A stretch of 64,000 nucleotides of DNA from an uncultured delta proteobacterium (GTDB taxonomy: Bacteria > Desulfobacterota > BSN033 > UBA1163): contig CAWHBU010000004.1 of the NCBI GenBank assembly GCA_963827685.1, forward strand, positions 256,001 through 320,000, in the 5' to 3' direction. Made by a program: the position numbers and the translations under genes. The notes under the pieces are model-generated. The model was not told the origin of the DNA. It saw only the letters and a program-made list of their open reading frames with translations, and made no database searches. This document shows positions 49,396 to 59,741 of the stretch, piece by piece (positions within the stretch are counted from its first letter, which is position 1; the number at the start of each line of letters is the position of its first letter).

Positions 49396-50178
49396 TTATC
49401 TAAATCTCACCTTTCTTCTATATCGCTTGTACCCCTTTACGGAAGCCTCCGTAGCGATACCCAGATAGAATTCCTTCACATCCTCGTCCTGCCGCAAAAC
49501 CTCCGGCTTGCCGGCGCGGACAATCCGGCCGTTTTCCATTAGAAAGGCAAACGTGGCATATTTTAGGGCCATATTGACGTTTTGTTCCACCAGGAGGATC
49601 GTGACTCCCGCGTTTTGATTGATATCCTGGATAATACGAAATATTTCTCTTGTTAGGAGAGGCGATAATCCCAGGGAGGGTTCATCCAGCATCAGTAGCT
49701 TCGGTTGGCTCATCAGAGCTCTGCCAATGGCTAACATCTGCTGCTCGCCACCGCTCAAATAGCCGGCCTCATGATTCTTTCTTTCTCTGAGGATGGGGAA
49801 CTGGGCAAAAACATTTTCGATTTCATTTTTAATCCCTTTTTTGATTTTTCGCGCATACGCCCCCATGAGGATATTTTCCCTCACCGAGAGTTCCGGAAAT
49901 ACCTCCCGGCCCTCGGGAACGTAACTGATCCCCATTTTAACGATCCGGTCCGTATCTTCTCGATCGATCCGCTTCCCCATAAATTCTATCGTCCCCTTCT
50001 CAGGTTGTTCTTTTCTCTGGTCATACAGCAACCGCATGATGGTTTTTAGGGTCGTTGTCTTCCCTGCCCCGTTGGCGCCCAGAAGAGCTACCACGTCGCT
50101 CTCCTTCACCTCAAAAGAAATCCCATGGAGCACCCGGATCAAATCATACCAGGTTTCAATGTTTTTAATGGTAAGCAT
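49396..50178 (-). CDS. livF: ABC transporter ATPase
   Basis: GANGAGKT, LSGGEQQMLAIGRAL. Confidence 0.9.
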   Translation of the reverse strand: MLTIKNIETWYDLIRVLHGISFEVKESDVVALLGANGAGKTTTLKTIMRLLYDQRKEQPEKGTIEFMGKRIDREDTDRIVKMGISYVPEGREVFPELSVRENILMGAYARKIKKGIKNEIENVFAQFPILRERKNHEAGYLSGGEQQMLAIGRALMSQPKLLMLDEPSLGLSPLLTREIFRIIQDINQNAGVTILLVEQNVNMALKYATFAFLMENGRIVRAGKPEVLRQDEDVKEFYLGIATEASVKGYKRYRRKVRFR

Positions 50179-50963
50179 TATTCTGCTTCTCCGAGGTAGG
50201 CCTTGATCACCTCAGGATGTCTCTGCACCTCCTGGGGGGTTCCTTCAACAATTTTCTCCCCCTGGTTCATGGCCAATACCCGATCAGAAATTCCCATGAC
50301 CATATTCATATCATGTTCGATCAAAAGAATGGTCACTTTATAGTCCTCCTGGATATCTTTTATCCAAATGTGGAGATCCTCTTTTTCTTCTGTATTCATG
50401 CCAGCAGAGGGTTCATCTAAAAGGAGAATCTTGGGTTCCAGGGCCAGGGCTCTGCCCAACTCCACCAGTTTTCTCTTGCCATAAGGCAAGCCGGAGACAA
50501 ACTGATCTCTTACCACCTGGAGATCAAAAACATCGATAATTTTTTCCACAATCTTAATGTTCCTAATTTCTTCCTTGGCGGCCCGGGACCTTCTCCCCCA
50601 CATAAATGCTCCAGAGAACACACCCGTCTTCATATGAATATGCCGACCGAGCAATAGGTTGTCTATGACGGTTGCATTTGAAAATAATTCGATGTTTTGA
50701 AATGTTCGGGCAACCCCCCTCCGGGCGATGCGGTCTGGAGTATAGCCTACCAAGTTCTCCCCGTCTAACAGAATCTTTCCGCCATCTGGTTTATACACTC
50801 CATTGATCAAATTAAAAATCGTCGTCTTACCCGAACCATTGGGACCAATGACAGAGAAAATCGTATTCTTCTCGACCTTGAAGCTGATGTCGTTGACTGC
50901 CTTCAAACCACCGAAGCTGATGCTCAGATTCTCAACCTTAAAATGGTCCATTTCCCGAATCAT
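50178..50963 (-). CDS. livG: ABC transporter ATPase
   Basis: GPNGSGKT, ARTFQN, IEHDM. Confidence 0.9.
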   Translation of the reverse strand: MIREMDHFKVENLSISFGGLKAVNDISFKVEKNTIFSVIGPNGSGKTTIFNLINGVYKPDGGKILLDGENLVGYTPDRIARRGVARTFQNIELFSNATVIDNLLLGRHIHMKTGVFSGAFMWGRRSRAAKEEIRNIKIVEKIIDVFDLQVVRDQFVSGLPYGKRKLVELGRALALEPKILLLDEPSAGMNTEEKEDLHIWIKDIQEDYKVTILLIEHDMNMVMGISDRVLAMNQGEKIVEGTPQEVQRHPEVIKAYLGEAE

Positions 50964-51072
50964 CCCCTCATTGCCCTATTCCCGTTCCCGAATTTCCCGG
51001 GAGGACCTGGTCCCTATCTTTGCCAAAGCGGAGGAGAGGCGATTTCCCGGGAAATCGCCTCGTGGGGTTTTT

Positions 51073-51176
51073 ACCCCGTTAGAAAGCCCTGCCATTCATG
51101 GCGGGGATGATATAAACAAAAACTTCAATTCCTCATAGAAAGGGCGGGGTCAAAGCCCCGTCCTTTCTAACGGGGT
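51073..51176. mobile_element. MITE with TIR ACCCCGTTAGAAA and a 2-bp (TT) flanking duplication
   Basis: Same TIR as 3970-4098, different interior with hairpins. Confidence 0.8.
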
Positions 51177-52373
51177 TTACTTTTTCTTCCATTTGCTCAG
51201 TTCATTGGAGGTCCAATCTTGTAGCAGAATATAGCTTCCGTTCGGTCCGCATTTGTGGATCCTGGTGGAATCCACCCCTTGATGCTCCTGGGGAGTCCAC
51301 GTGATTTTGGGGCCGACCCCCTGAAAATCTTTCACGGAATTCAGAGCCTGCAAGAGAGCCTCGGTACTCAAGTCTCTCCCCACTTTTTCAAGGGCATAGA
51401 CTAAGGGTTCCGCAAACATAATCCCCGCCAAAAAGAAGGCCGTGAATGGCTCGTCTGGGGTTAGTCTTTTCGCGGCCTCACGATATTTCACCACCAAGGG
51501 ATGATTGCCAGTTGGATCCATTGTTTTTGCGCCGGTGATCACCCCTTCCCATAAACCTCCCGTGATCTTATACATAACAGCCAAATCACCAAGCGTATCG
51601 GCGGACACCCACTGGGGCTTATACCCGATAGCAGCGGCGGTCTTTACGGCGACCACACCGGGGGTAGGCGCAACTTGCATGATGACCGCCTTGGCGCCTG
51701 AGATCTTAAGCTTCATGATCTGGGAGGACAGATCTTTTTCAGTCGGTTCCACCGGAACTTCCGCTGTGAACTGTAACCTATAAGTCGCCATCCGTTCTTT
51801 AGCCCCAGCCAATGCATCCCAGCCCATTGGATCGTTCTGGTAGAGGAAGCCAATTTTCTTGATCTTTAGTTTTTCAACCACGTACTTTGTGAGAACACTG
51901 GCTTCATCCCCGAAGAGGCAAAAAGAGCTGAAGAGATAAGGGTTCAGCGGATAGACCAACTCCTTGGCACCCGTGCACATACCCACAGAAATTACCTTGC
52001 TTGCGGCAAGATAATCTTTTACTGCCAGCACACAAGAACTCCCCAGTCCACTGGTAACCGCCAATACCCCCTGCCGCTCAACCAATTCTTTGACCACGGC
52101 CTTTGTCTGTGCTGGATTATATTGATCATCTCTGATAAAATGCTTGATCTTTCTTCCGTGGATTCCCCCTTCTTCATTGACCAGACTAAACAAGACACCC
52201 GGTCCCCGGGAAATATTCCCCCAGGAAGCGGCAGGCCCTGTTTGGGGCCCCCACGAGCCGATTCTGATCTCCTTGTCGTCAAAGCCTCTCTCTGCGGCAT
52301 CATTATTAGGAGTCAGGATTAACAGAGCCAATATAAGAACAGATAAGAATAGAAATGAATTTTTGGAATGCAT
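51177..52373 (-). CDS. ABC transporter substrate-binding protein (LivK-like)
   Basis: Paralog of 36184-37356. Confidence 0.9.
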   Translation of the reverse strand: MHSKNSFLFLSVLILALLILTPNNDAAERGFDDKEIRIGSWGPQTGPAASWGNISRGPGVLFSLVNEEGGIHGRKIKHFIRDDQYNPAQTKAVVKELVERQGVLAVTSGLGSSCVLAVKDYLAASKVISVGMCTGAKELVYPLNPYLFSSFCLFGDEASVLTKYVVEKLKIKKIGFLYQNDPMGWDALAGAKERMATYRLQFTAEVPVEPTEKDLSSQIMKLKISGAKAVIMQVAPTPGVVAVKTAAAIGYKPQWVSADTLGDLAVMYKITGGLWEGVITGAKTMDPTGNHPLVVKYREAAKRLTPDEPFTAFFLAGIMFAEPLVYALEKVGRDLSTEALLQALNSVKDFQGVGPKITWTPQEHQGVDSTRIHKCGPNGSYILLQDWTSNELSKWKKK

Positions 52374-52504
52374 GGTTCTTTCCTCCTTTATAAGTGATTG
52401 ATGATCCAGCCTTTGAGCTCGAAAGACCCCTTTTTCACCCCCTTTCCGAGCATGATTTTCATTGACTCCTGAGCTGATCAGGACGGTTTTTGCTCCTTAA
52501 GAGA

Positions 52505-53380
52505 TTACACCTTCTTCACATAATGTTTGGCGAAAAGACCGCTGGGACGGATGCACAGGACCAGGACGATGACCGCAAAGGCTACGATGGGTTTCCATGC
52601 CGGCCAGAGATAGCCAAAAAAGTTCTCGATAATGCCCAGGATTAACCCTCCGATAAAGACCCCTGGAATGCTCATCAAACCCCCGAGCACCGCTGCAGCG
52701 AATGTCTTAAGGAAGGGGTCTAACATAAATGCCGGATCCAGCGTAGATCTGGCCACGAAAAACATCGCCGCAATTGCGCCAATCAGGGAACTGAGGCCCC
52801 AGGCAAAGGAGAACACCCATTCCACACGAGCACCCATAATCTTTGCGGCATGCTTATTTTGCTGCGTTGCCCTCATGCCTATGCCCAGCATGGTATATTT
52901 GAAAAACAGGTATAAAAAAATCATGAAGCAGGCGGCAGTGATAAATACGGCGATGGCCCAATCATTGATTAAGAATCCTTTAAAAAGTTCGTGAATCACT
53001 CGGTAAGACCAGGGTAAAGAAAAATCTTTTTGCTCTGCTCCCCATTTCCAGCTGGCCAACCCCATGAGTAACATCTCCGCCCCGAGAGTCAGTATAATCA
53101 TACCAAGATGACTGGCCTTCTTGGCGGGACGTAGGAAAAGAAATTCAATGGCTACGCCCAATATAACGGCAAATATCATGGTGATGACGAAAGCAAGCCA
53201 AAAGGGGTAGTGATAAAAGACGAGGATATGGTAGGCTACAAAGGTGGCGAACATCCCCATCTCCCCTTGGGCAAAGTTGATGACTTCAGATGTTTTATAG
53301 ATGATGACGACGGCTATCCCAAATAAACCATAGCATGCACCAATCGCCAAACCTTCTATGAGGAGCTGTCCGATCGGCAT
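52505..53380 (-). CDS. livH: branched-chain ABC transporter permease
   Basis: NFAQGE, MRATQQN, PSGLFAKHYVKKV. Confidence 0.9.
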   Translation of the reverse strand: MPIGQLLIEGLAIGACYGLFGIAVVIIYKTSEVINFAQGEMGMFATFVAYHILVFYHYPFWLAFVITMIFAVILGVAIEFLFLRPAKKASHLGMIILTLGAEMLLMGLASWKWGAEQKDFSLPWSYRVIHELFKGFLINDWAIAVFITAACFMIFLYLFFKYTMLGIGMRATQQNKHAAKIMGARVEWVFSFAWGLSSLIGAIAAMFFVARSTLDPAFMLDPFLKTFAAAVLGGLMSIPGVFIGGLILGIIENFFGYLWPAWKPIVAFAVIVLVLCIRPSGLFAKHYVKKV

Positions 53381-53456
53381 CTCTTTGTCCTTAAATCGCT
53401 TAGGTTTATCTTTTCCGGTATTCTGGCCTTCCCAAATGCTTAAAAACCGATCTTTT

Positions 53457-54527
53457 TTAGAAAGGCCAGGTCATCCAGTATTTTTTAATCCTCAGCCATA
53501 TGCCGTACATGCCGAGGGGTTCAAAGATGATGATTCCAATCATAATGAGACCGAGGGCGATACTGTTAAAATTTTCCAAACCTACAACCGTGAGCCAGCG
53601 TTTGGAAATAGTCAGGATAAAGGTTCCGAAATATGGCACCTCCGCAATATTCTTTAACAAAGAAAACTGCAAGTACGTGATGAATATGGCGCCGAAAATT
53701 GATCCCGCAATAGATCCCAATCCCCCAACAACAATCATGACAAGAAAGATAATAGACAGAAGAATATTGAAAGTGAAAGGATCGAAAAAGCCGAGAACAA
53801 AACCAAAAAGACCACCCGCAATTCCGGCATAGAAGGCACTAATGGCAAAAGCCAGGGTTTTATAAATCGGCAGATTGACCCCGATGACTTCGGCGGCAAT
53901 GTCACTATCCCTGATCGCTACAAAGGACCTGCCCACGCGAGTCTTCATAATGTTTCTGGCCCCGAGAACCATGAGGATGGTAATGATCAGAATCAGATAA
54001 AACTTACCGATATCGGAATCGATGATCCAACGGAACCCAAGCTGCGGTATGCCCAGGTCGAGGGGGGGAGCCTTTATTCCCGAGCGGCCGCCAAAAATTT
54101 CCCATTGCCCAATGACGTGCATAATGGCCATGCCGAAACCAAGAGTGGCGATGGCCAGGTAAGGGCCTTTCAATCTCAGGGCAGGTAATCCGAGAATAAA
54201 GCCAAAAAAGGCCGAGATGAAACCAGCGAGAACTATGGCAAAAATAAAAGGAACCTGCATTTTATTCATCAGGAGAGCCGTTGCGTAGGCCCCGATGGCG
54301 AAGAAGCCAGCGTGTCCTAAGGAGATTTGGCCTGTATAACCAACGAGGATATTAAGGCCCACAGCAATAATCACGTGAACCAGCATGAGGTTGAAAAGGA
54401 AAATATAATAGCTGGGTATATATGTCGGCAAAGTAAAAAGAAAAATCAACAAAGCCACCGACCAGATAAGAATGGCCTTACTCTTGAAAATCTGTAGGTC
54501 CTCATAATAATCACGCTTCATATCCAT
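53457..54527 (-). CDS. livM: branched-chain ABC transporter permease
   Basis: GYTGQISLGHAGF, GPYLAIATL. Confidence 0.9.
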   Translation of the reverse strand: MDMKRDYYEDLQIFKSKAILIWSVALLIFLFTLPTYIPSYYIFLFNLMLVHVIIAVGLNILVGYTGQISLGHAGFFAIGAYATALLMNKMQVPFIFAIVLAGFISAFFGFILGLPALRLKGPYLAIATLGFGMAIMHVIGQWEIFGGRSGIKAPPLDLGIPQLGFRWIIDSDIGKFYLILIITILMVLGARNIMKTRVGRSFVAIRDSDIAAEVIGVNLPIYKTLAFAISAFYAGIAGGLFGFVLGFFDPFTFNILLSIIFLVMIVVGGLGSIAGSIFGAIFITYLQFSLLKNIAEVPYFGTFILTISKRWLTVVGLENFNSIALGLIMIGIIIFEPLGMYGIWLRIKKYWMTWPF

Positions 54528-54696
54528 GGCAAGACCCCAAAAACCATCTGGGGATTTTCCTCTCGCATGCCACCATTCAGGTTGATGCTTAGGAATGTTG
54601 GAAAATCCCCAGACTTAACCATAGATTTGGTTTCATGGACACCTAAGGCTCTCGAAGAAAAATGCGCGCCCCTTTAGTTATAGAGAAGGACTGAGG

Positions 54697-55053
54697 TTAC
54701 CATCCGCCATAGATATTCATTAATCCCCTGGCAATTTTCTCGCCGGCCTCATTGCTCCCTAACAGACTGTACGCGGTTCGAGGACACCTGTATCTCTTAT
54801 AGAATGCCCGGATACAATCCGAAAATTTCTTCTCCCGATCCCCGGATACCGTAATCACTCCCTGCGTGATTTCTTCAATCTTCTTATCCAAGGTGTTCTC
54901 CATCAGGAGACCCTCTTTCATCTCCCGATTCTCTATCTTCTCGTAGGAAATCTGTACCCCATACTTCCGCGCAAAGTTTTTCAAATCCCCTTCCTTAATC
55001 TTTTCTAAAGCATCCCCCGGATAATACCGCAGCTTTACCAAATATTCAGTCAT
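54697..55053 (-). CDS. hypothetical protein (copy 2)
   Basis: Near-identical to 46129-46485. Confidence 0.75.
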   Translation of the reverse strand: MTEYLVKLRYYPGDALEKIKEGDLKNFARKYGVQISYEKIENREMKEGLLMENTLDKKIEEITQGVITVSGDREKKFSDCIRAFYKRYRCPRTAYSLLGSNEAGEKIARGLMNIYGGW

Positions 55054-55065
55054 GGTTTTCTCTCC

Positions 55066-55287
55066 TTAACCTGGCAAGTATTCCTGATATTTCTTGGATC
55101 TGCCTTTTCTCTCCTCTTTCGTCCTCAGAAAATAGTCCTTGGATGGCGCAATATGATAGGTGTAGTGATTGTACGACACCTCCGGCCGAAACCGATTGTC
55201 CGCCCAAGCTTTCTTCTCAGATGTCACGCGGATCTTCCCACCGACCATCCTCAGCTTTCCCCGAACCCCGCACGTGGGACACTCAAC
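55066..55287 (-). pseudogene. 3' remnant of the flavodoxin-family gene
   Basis: Matches 46677-46898 (VECPTCGVRGKL...YQEYLPG); 5' part missing. Confidence 0.85.
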
Positions 55288-55301
55288 TCCTGAAATGAAT
55301 T

Positions 55302-55562
55302 CTATTTGGTATTATCCTTTCTCTTTTTGGCAATTTTATTTCTTATTGCAAAGAAAGGCAGAAGAATAATAAAGGACAGACCTTGCCACGAAAACATCAT
55401 TCTTACGGCTCGGAGAGCGTCTTCAGCGGAGAGAATCATATCCATCTGCATGGTTCCCAATGCCTTGCCTTCCATGACCAGTTTATCGCCTACGCGTCTA
55501 ACGGAAGAAATCGACGCAGCCTCATCACCCATCTCATTGCGTATGGTCACAACATGTTTCAT
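55302..55562 (-). CDS. small hypothetical protein with C-terminal hydrophobic segment
   Basis: AAGGAGG upstream; follows the FAD oxidoreductase. Confidence 0.7.
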   Translation of the reverse strand: MKHVVTIRNEMGDEAASISSVRRVGDKLVMEGKALGTMQMDMILSAEDALRAVRMMFSWQGLSFIILLPFFAIRNKIAKKRKDNTK

Positions 55563-55619
55563 AGATTTGTGATCGGCAAGCCTCCTTTTTTCAACTAAGT
55601 TTTTCTCTTCTAATCGCGC

Positions 55620-57164
55620 TCAGCGGAAAATCGGCGGCAGAAGCTGCAGATAATCCTTGCCGGTGATGGCACTTGCACATATAAACCCGGAGTGGGCAGC
55701 CCCCTCAATCCCTCCTTCATTGAGGCGCTTTCCATATGTATCCCCGGCAAAATAGAGTCCCTCGACCGTAGGGCATTTCACGTCCACCCATTCATCCTCC
55801 GGGTGTCTCCACAGGATACAGGTATCTCCGGCGGTAAATAGCATCCAGTCCAGCGCCTTTCGCCACCCCGGAAATCCCTTATCCAGAAACTTCAATATCC
55901 GCTGGATGACAATATCTGTTTTCTTTTTATCGTGCGCTTCGGTGGCCAGGATACTGCTGGCCATTTGAAGCAGGTGTTTGCCTTCCGGCGCGGTTGTGGG
56001 GGCAATGGCAGATATCGGCACGATGTCGAGTGGAACATTGCCCCTGAACAGCCCTTCGCTTTCCGGAATCAACCAGGAAGTATGGTAGAAAGACCTGGGG
56101 TCCACCTTGAGTTCACAGAAAGCGCTCAACGGTTTCCTCATCCCGAACTGGCCGGCGACCATGGAAGTATGGATGATATTTTTCGTCAATCTGACAAATT
56201 CCGCCGGCAGCAATTTCTCCGGGATGAGCTTTAGCAGTACCTTGGGCGGGGCCGTGCAGACAACGACCGGCGACTTTATTTCCATGGTTTTGCCGTCCAT
56301 TTCCGCCTTCACGCCGGTCGCTCTGCCGTTCTGAATCATAACTTCCTTCACCCGCGCATTCGTGACGACGTCCCCTTCAGCGTCTTTGACGACAGCAGCA
56401 AATCCTTCGGTGATAAAGCGGTGCCCGGGGGCCCCGGCGAAAGCCCACGAACCATCGGTGATATGCACCCCGGTCTCCTGGACTTGTAAAAACACCTTCA
56501 GGTTTTCCCCGGCGCTGTTCAGCGCCGGATCATTGATGATCGTCTGGAAGGTGCCCATGGCATAGTGGAATTCCTGGGCCAGCTCGCTCTTTGTGATCCC
56601 TTCGACCCAGTCTTTTAACGTGACATGGTCGAGCTTTTCGGCTTCCGCTATCGAGCCCACCTGGAGCTTCCGCTTATGGACCTTCACCATCTCGGCGTAA
56701 TCTTCTTCACTCATCCATCCGTACCTGGATCTTCTCTTGATACTATGCGGCTTCCAATCGTGGTCATACCACACAAAGCCGACATTGGGATAGAAGATCG
56801 AAGCCTTGTTGAACACAGACAACGCGTGGCTGACGCGTCCCCTGTTGGTGTACCAGGCACCCCGGCCTCCTGCTTCGATGACGTATCCACGAAGCATCTT
56901 CTTTTGAATCATGGTGGACAGGTTCGGTTTCGTCTTATCGCAAACCCAGGAGTGCGCAGCCAGCGCCAGGGTTTTGCGAAACTCGTTGGCGTCCTTGATC
57001 CCCTCCCCCCTGAAGGATGTAGCCCGCCCCCCAATCACTGCTGCCTGCTCAAGAATAAGAACCTTTTTTTGCCCCATGCTTGATAACAGGGCTCCAACAA
57101 CCGATCCCGCGATGCCGCACCCGATGATAATAACGTCATACTCTTTAGAAATTTCTTCAGACAT
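55620..57164 (-). CDS. FAD-dependent oxidoreductase (phytoene dehydrogenase-like fold)
   Basis: IIIGCGIAG...E....GGR, GLYFAGD. Confidence 0.85.
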   Translation of the reverse strand: MSEEISKEYDVIIIGCGIAGSVVGALLSSMGQKKVLILEQAAVIGGRATSFRGEGIKDANEFRKTLALAAHSWVCDKTKPNLSTMIQKKMLRGYVIEAGGRGAWYTNRGRVSHALSVFNKASIFYPNVGFVWYDHDWKPHSIKRRSRYGWMSEEDYAEMVKVHKRKLQVGSIAEAEKLDHVTLKDWVEGITKSELAQEFHYAMGTFQTIINDPALNSAGENLKVFLQVQETGVHITDGSWAFAGAPGHRFITEGFAAVVKDAEGDVVTNARVKEVMIQNGRATGVKAEMDGKTMEIKSPVVVCTAPPKVLLKLIPEKLLPAEFVRLTKNIIHTSMVAGQFGMRKPLSAFCELKVDPRSFYHTSWLIPESEGLFRGNVPLDIVPISAIAPTTAPEGKHLLQMASSILATEAHDKKKTDIVIQRILKFLDKGFPGWRKALDWMLFTAGDTCILWRHPEDEWVDVKCPTVEGLYFAGDTYGKRLNEGGIEGAAHSGFICASAITGKDYLQLLPPIFR

Positions 57165-57235
57165 ATCTCCTCCTTTTTTGTTGATGAATGGTCAACCTCA
57201 ATCGAAATTCATATCTAAAAACCACCCGGCAAGAA

Positions 57236-58810
57236 TTATTTTGCTATCGCTTTCTTAAAGTCGATACCCAAGTCCTCCATGATCACCTGGACGGTTGCTC
57301 TTCCCCCGCCGTTAATACCCACTCCAGGATGGGTGCTGACCCCGCACATATAAAGTCCTTGAATCGGGGTCCTATACTGACCCCAGCCGGGAAGCGGCCG
57401 GTTGCCAAAGGATTGGGAAAGGAAGGAACCGATATGTCCGATATCCCCCTCGATCAGTGCCGGGTTCATGCGTTCATAATCGAGCGGACTGGCGATCCAT
57501 CTGCCGAGAATATTGCGGTCGTCCAAATTGGTACAGTGCTTGCGCGCCGTCTCCAGCACCTGGTCGGCAACGTCTTGCTTCACCTTATCCCACGCCGCAG
57601 CCCCGCCATCGCGTAAGTGGTAGGGCTCATAGTGGTAGAGAAATAGGGTATGCTTGCCTGCCGGGGCCCGGGTGGGATCAACGAGGGTGGCAATTCCCAT
57701 AATCGGCATACCGGCATTGGGTACGCCATAGGAATAATCATCGTATGACCGCAGAAGCTCTTCCGGGTAGGGGCTGATCTCCACAAAGGGAGCCTTATTC
57801 ACGTCACCGCCGGCTTTGAACTTAGGAGCTTCGTTGAGGGCGATCGCCTGACCGAGGGGGGCGAAGGAAGCGGGCTTCAATTTCCTAACTTTATCCTGAA
57901 AGCCCGCCGGCACCTCCCGGTCGGTCAACATCTGCAGGAATAGCTGCTTGACATTGACATTGGCCACGACCGCTTTCTTAGCCATTATTTGCTCGCCGTT
58001 TTCGAGAAGAACTCCCTTGGCTGCGCCATTCTCGACGAGAACCCGCTTGACCGCGGTGGATAGCACGATCGTGCCGCCGTTATCCCGGATGCAAGCTGCC
58101 AGGGCCTCGCTGAAAACACCGGATCCGCCGATCGGCATCGTCAATCCCCAGGTATGAAACAGGGGCCAGCCTGCTGCATAGAGACCGGTTCCCTTTTCCC
58201 GCGGGCCGATCATTTCCTCTGAAGCCCACCGGCCAAAGGCAGCCCTCATCTCTTTGCTTTCAAACCACTCCTCGGTGACATCTTGTACGCTGGATAGGAT
58301 GAGCTTCGTATATTCCTTCCCTTCCTCGCTGGAATCGAGAAAGGACATCATGGCCCCGAAACGCGGCGGCGCTGAAAACATCCCTATCTTCAAGGGAGCC
58401 GTTATTTTCTTCAGATATAGGCAGAACTTCAGATAGGCATCGGCATCCTTGGCCGAAAACTGCTTTATGGATTCGACCATCTTGTTGATGTCTTTATAGA
58501 TGACCAGTGCGCGGTCGTCGTTGAAAACAATTGCGCCCGGGGGGTCGGGGGAAACGTATTTCAATCCGTATTTGGACTTTAGCCCTAATTCGTCCTGGTG
58601 CAGTAGCGGATTGGCCTGGATCATCATATGAATGGTCCCGGCAACATCGTGCTTGAAGCCGGGCAACGTGCATTCCCTGGTAACCACGCATCCGCCGACC
58701 ATGTCTTGGAGCTCTACCACACAAACATCCACCTTGGCCTTAGCCAGGTAGGCAGCGACAATAAGCCCGTTATGCCCGCCCCCGATGATAACCACATCAT
58801 GTATTTTCAT
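57236..58810 (-). CDS. NAD(P)/FAD-dependent oxidoreductase, phytoene desaturase family
   Basis: GGGHNGL, DPTRAPAGKH, YRTPIQGLYMCG.STHPG.G. Confidence 0.9.
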   Translation of the reverse strand: MKIHDVVIIGGGHNGLIVAAYLAKAKVDVCVVELQDMVGGCVVTRECTLPGFKHDVAGTIHMMIQANPLLHQDELGLKSKYGLKYVSPDPPGAIVFNDDRALVIYKDINKMVESIKQFSAKDADAYLKFCLYLKKITAPLKIGMFSAPPRFGAMMSFLDSSEEGKEYTKLILSSVQDVTEEWFESKEMRAAFGRWASEEMIGPREKGTGLYAAGWPLFHTWGLTMPIGGSGVFSEALAACIRDNGGTIVLSTAVKRVLVENGAAKGVLLENGEQIMAKKAVVANVNVKQLFLQMLTDREVPAGFQDKVRKLKPASFAPLGQAIALNEAPKFKAGGDVNKAPFVEISPYPEELLRSYDDYSYGVPNAGMPIMGIATLVDPTRAPAGKHTLFLYHYEPYHLRDGGAAAWDKVKQDVADQVLETARKHCTNLDDRNILGRWIASPLDYERMNPALIEGDIGHIGSFLSQSFGNRPLPGWGQYRTPIQGLYMCGVSTHPGVGINGGGRATVQVIMEDLGIDFKKAIAK

Positions 58811-58873
58811 GGATCTTATTTCCTCCTTTCAATGGTATTCGTTTATGCCGCTTGAATTTTGGGGGTACTAACG

Positions 58874-59692
58874 TCATGAAACGGTGTATCCGCCATCAAG
58901 ATACAGGGTTTGGCCGGTCATATAGCTCGACGCATCGGAAGCGAGGTAAAGGGCAAGTAACCCTACCTCCCGGGGCTCGCCGAAGCGTCGCATGGGCACA
59001 GAGCGCAGATAGGTTTTGCTTATCTCCTCGTTCGAATATATTTTTTCGAGCATGGCGGTCAAAACTCCGCCGGGTCCTATGGCATTGACCGTGATATTAA
59101 ACCTAGCCAGCTCATTGGCCAAGCCTCTGGTGATGGCCACGATGGCTGCCTTGGTCGCCGGATAAATTCCCTGCAGTGCGGTGTACTTGATGGCCGCAGT
59201 GGATACGATATTTACGATTTTTCCTTTTCCCTTTTCGATCATATGCGGAACAACCAGCCTGGTTAAATCGTACCCGGCTTTGACATTCGTGTTCCAGATT
59301 ACGTTCCATTCCTCATCTGTCAGGGGCTCATTCAGATTGGGGAGTATCTTGGCAATACGCATTTTTTCGGCGCCGGGGACGGGAACTACATTCCTGAAGT
59401 TTCCCACTCCGGCGTTGTTCACCAGTATGTCGATCTTCCCAAAGTTAGACAGGCTCGTATCCACAAGCTTTTTCAAATGATCCACATTCGTTATATCCGT
59501 AGGTACGGGGATACACTGGCGCCCTTGCTTGTGGACTTCCGCGGCTGTTTCATTTAGCTGAGCAGGGGTCCTGCTCGCAGCGACAATATCCGCACCTGCT
59601 TCAGCTAGGGTTGAAGCGATGGCCCGGCCGATTCCTCGCCCGGCCCCTGTGACGATGGCCGTTCTTCCTTCGAGACTAAATTCTTTCAGCAA
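58874..59692 (-). CDS. SDR family oxidoreductase
   Basis: TGAGRGIG, NNAG, YPATK. Confidence 0.9.
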   Translation of the reverse strand: MLKEFSLEGRTAIVTGAGRGIGRAIASTLAEAGADIVAASRTPAQLNETAAEVHKQGRQCIPVPTDITNVDHLKKLVDTSLSNFGKIDILVNNAGVGNFRNVVPVPGAEKMRIAKILPNLNEPLTDEEWNVIWNTNVKAGYDLTRLVVPHMIEKGKGKIVNIVSTAAIKYTALQGIYPATKAAIVAITRGLANELARFNITVNAIGPGGVLTAMLEKIYSNEEISKTYLRSVPMRRFGEPREVGLLALYLASDASSYMTGQTLYLDGGYTVS

Positions 59693-59741
59693 ATTTTCCT
59701 CCTTTCAGGTGCCGATCGGCGAAAAAGACCCGACTGACTCT

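Noticed and set aside
55620-58810. Carotenoid biosynthesis (crtI) assignment
   Set aside because: No crtB or crtE nearby and the context is catabolic; only the fold is supported.
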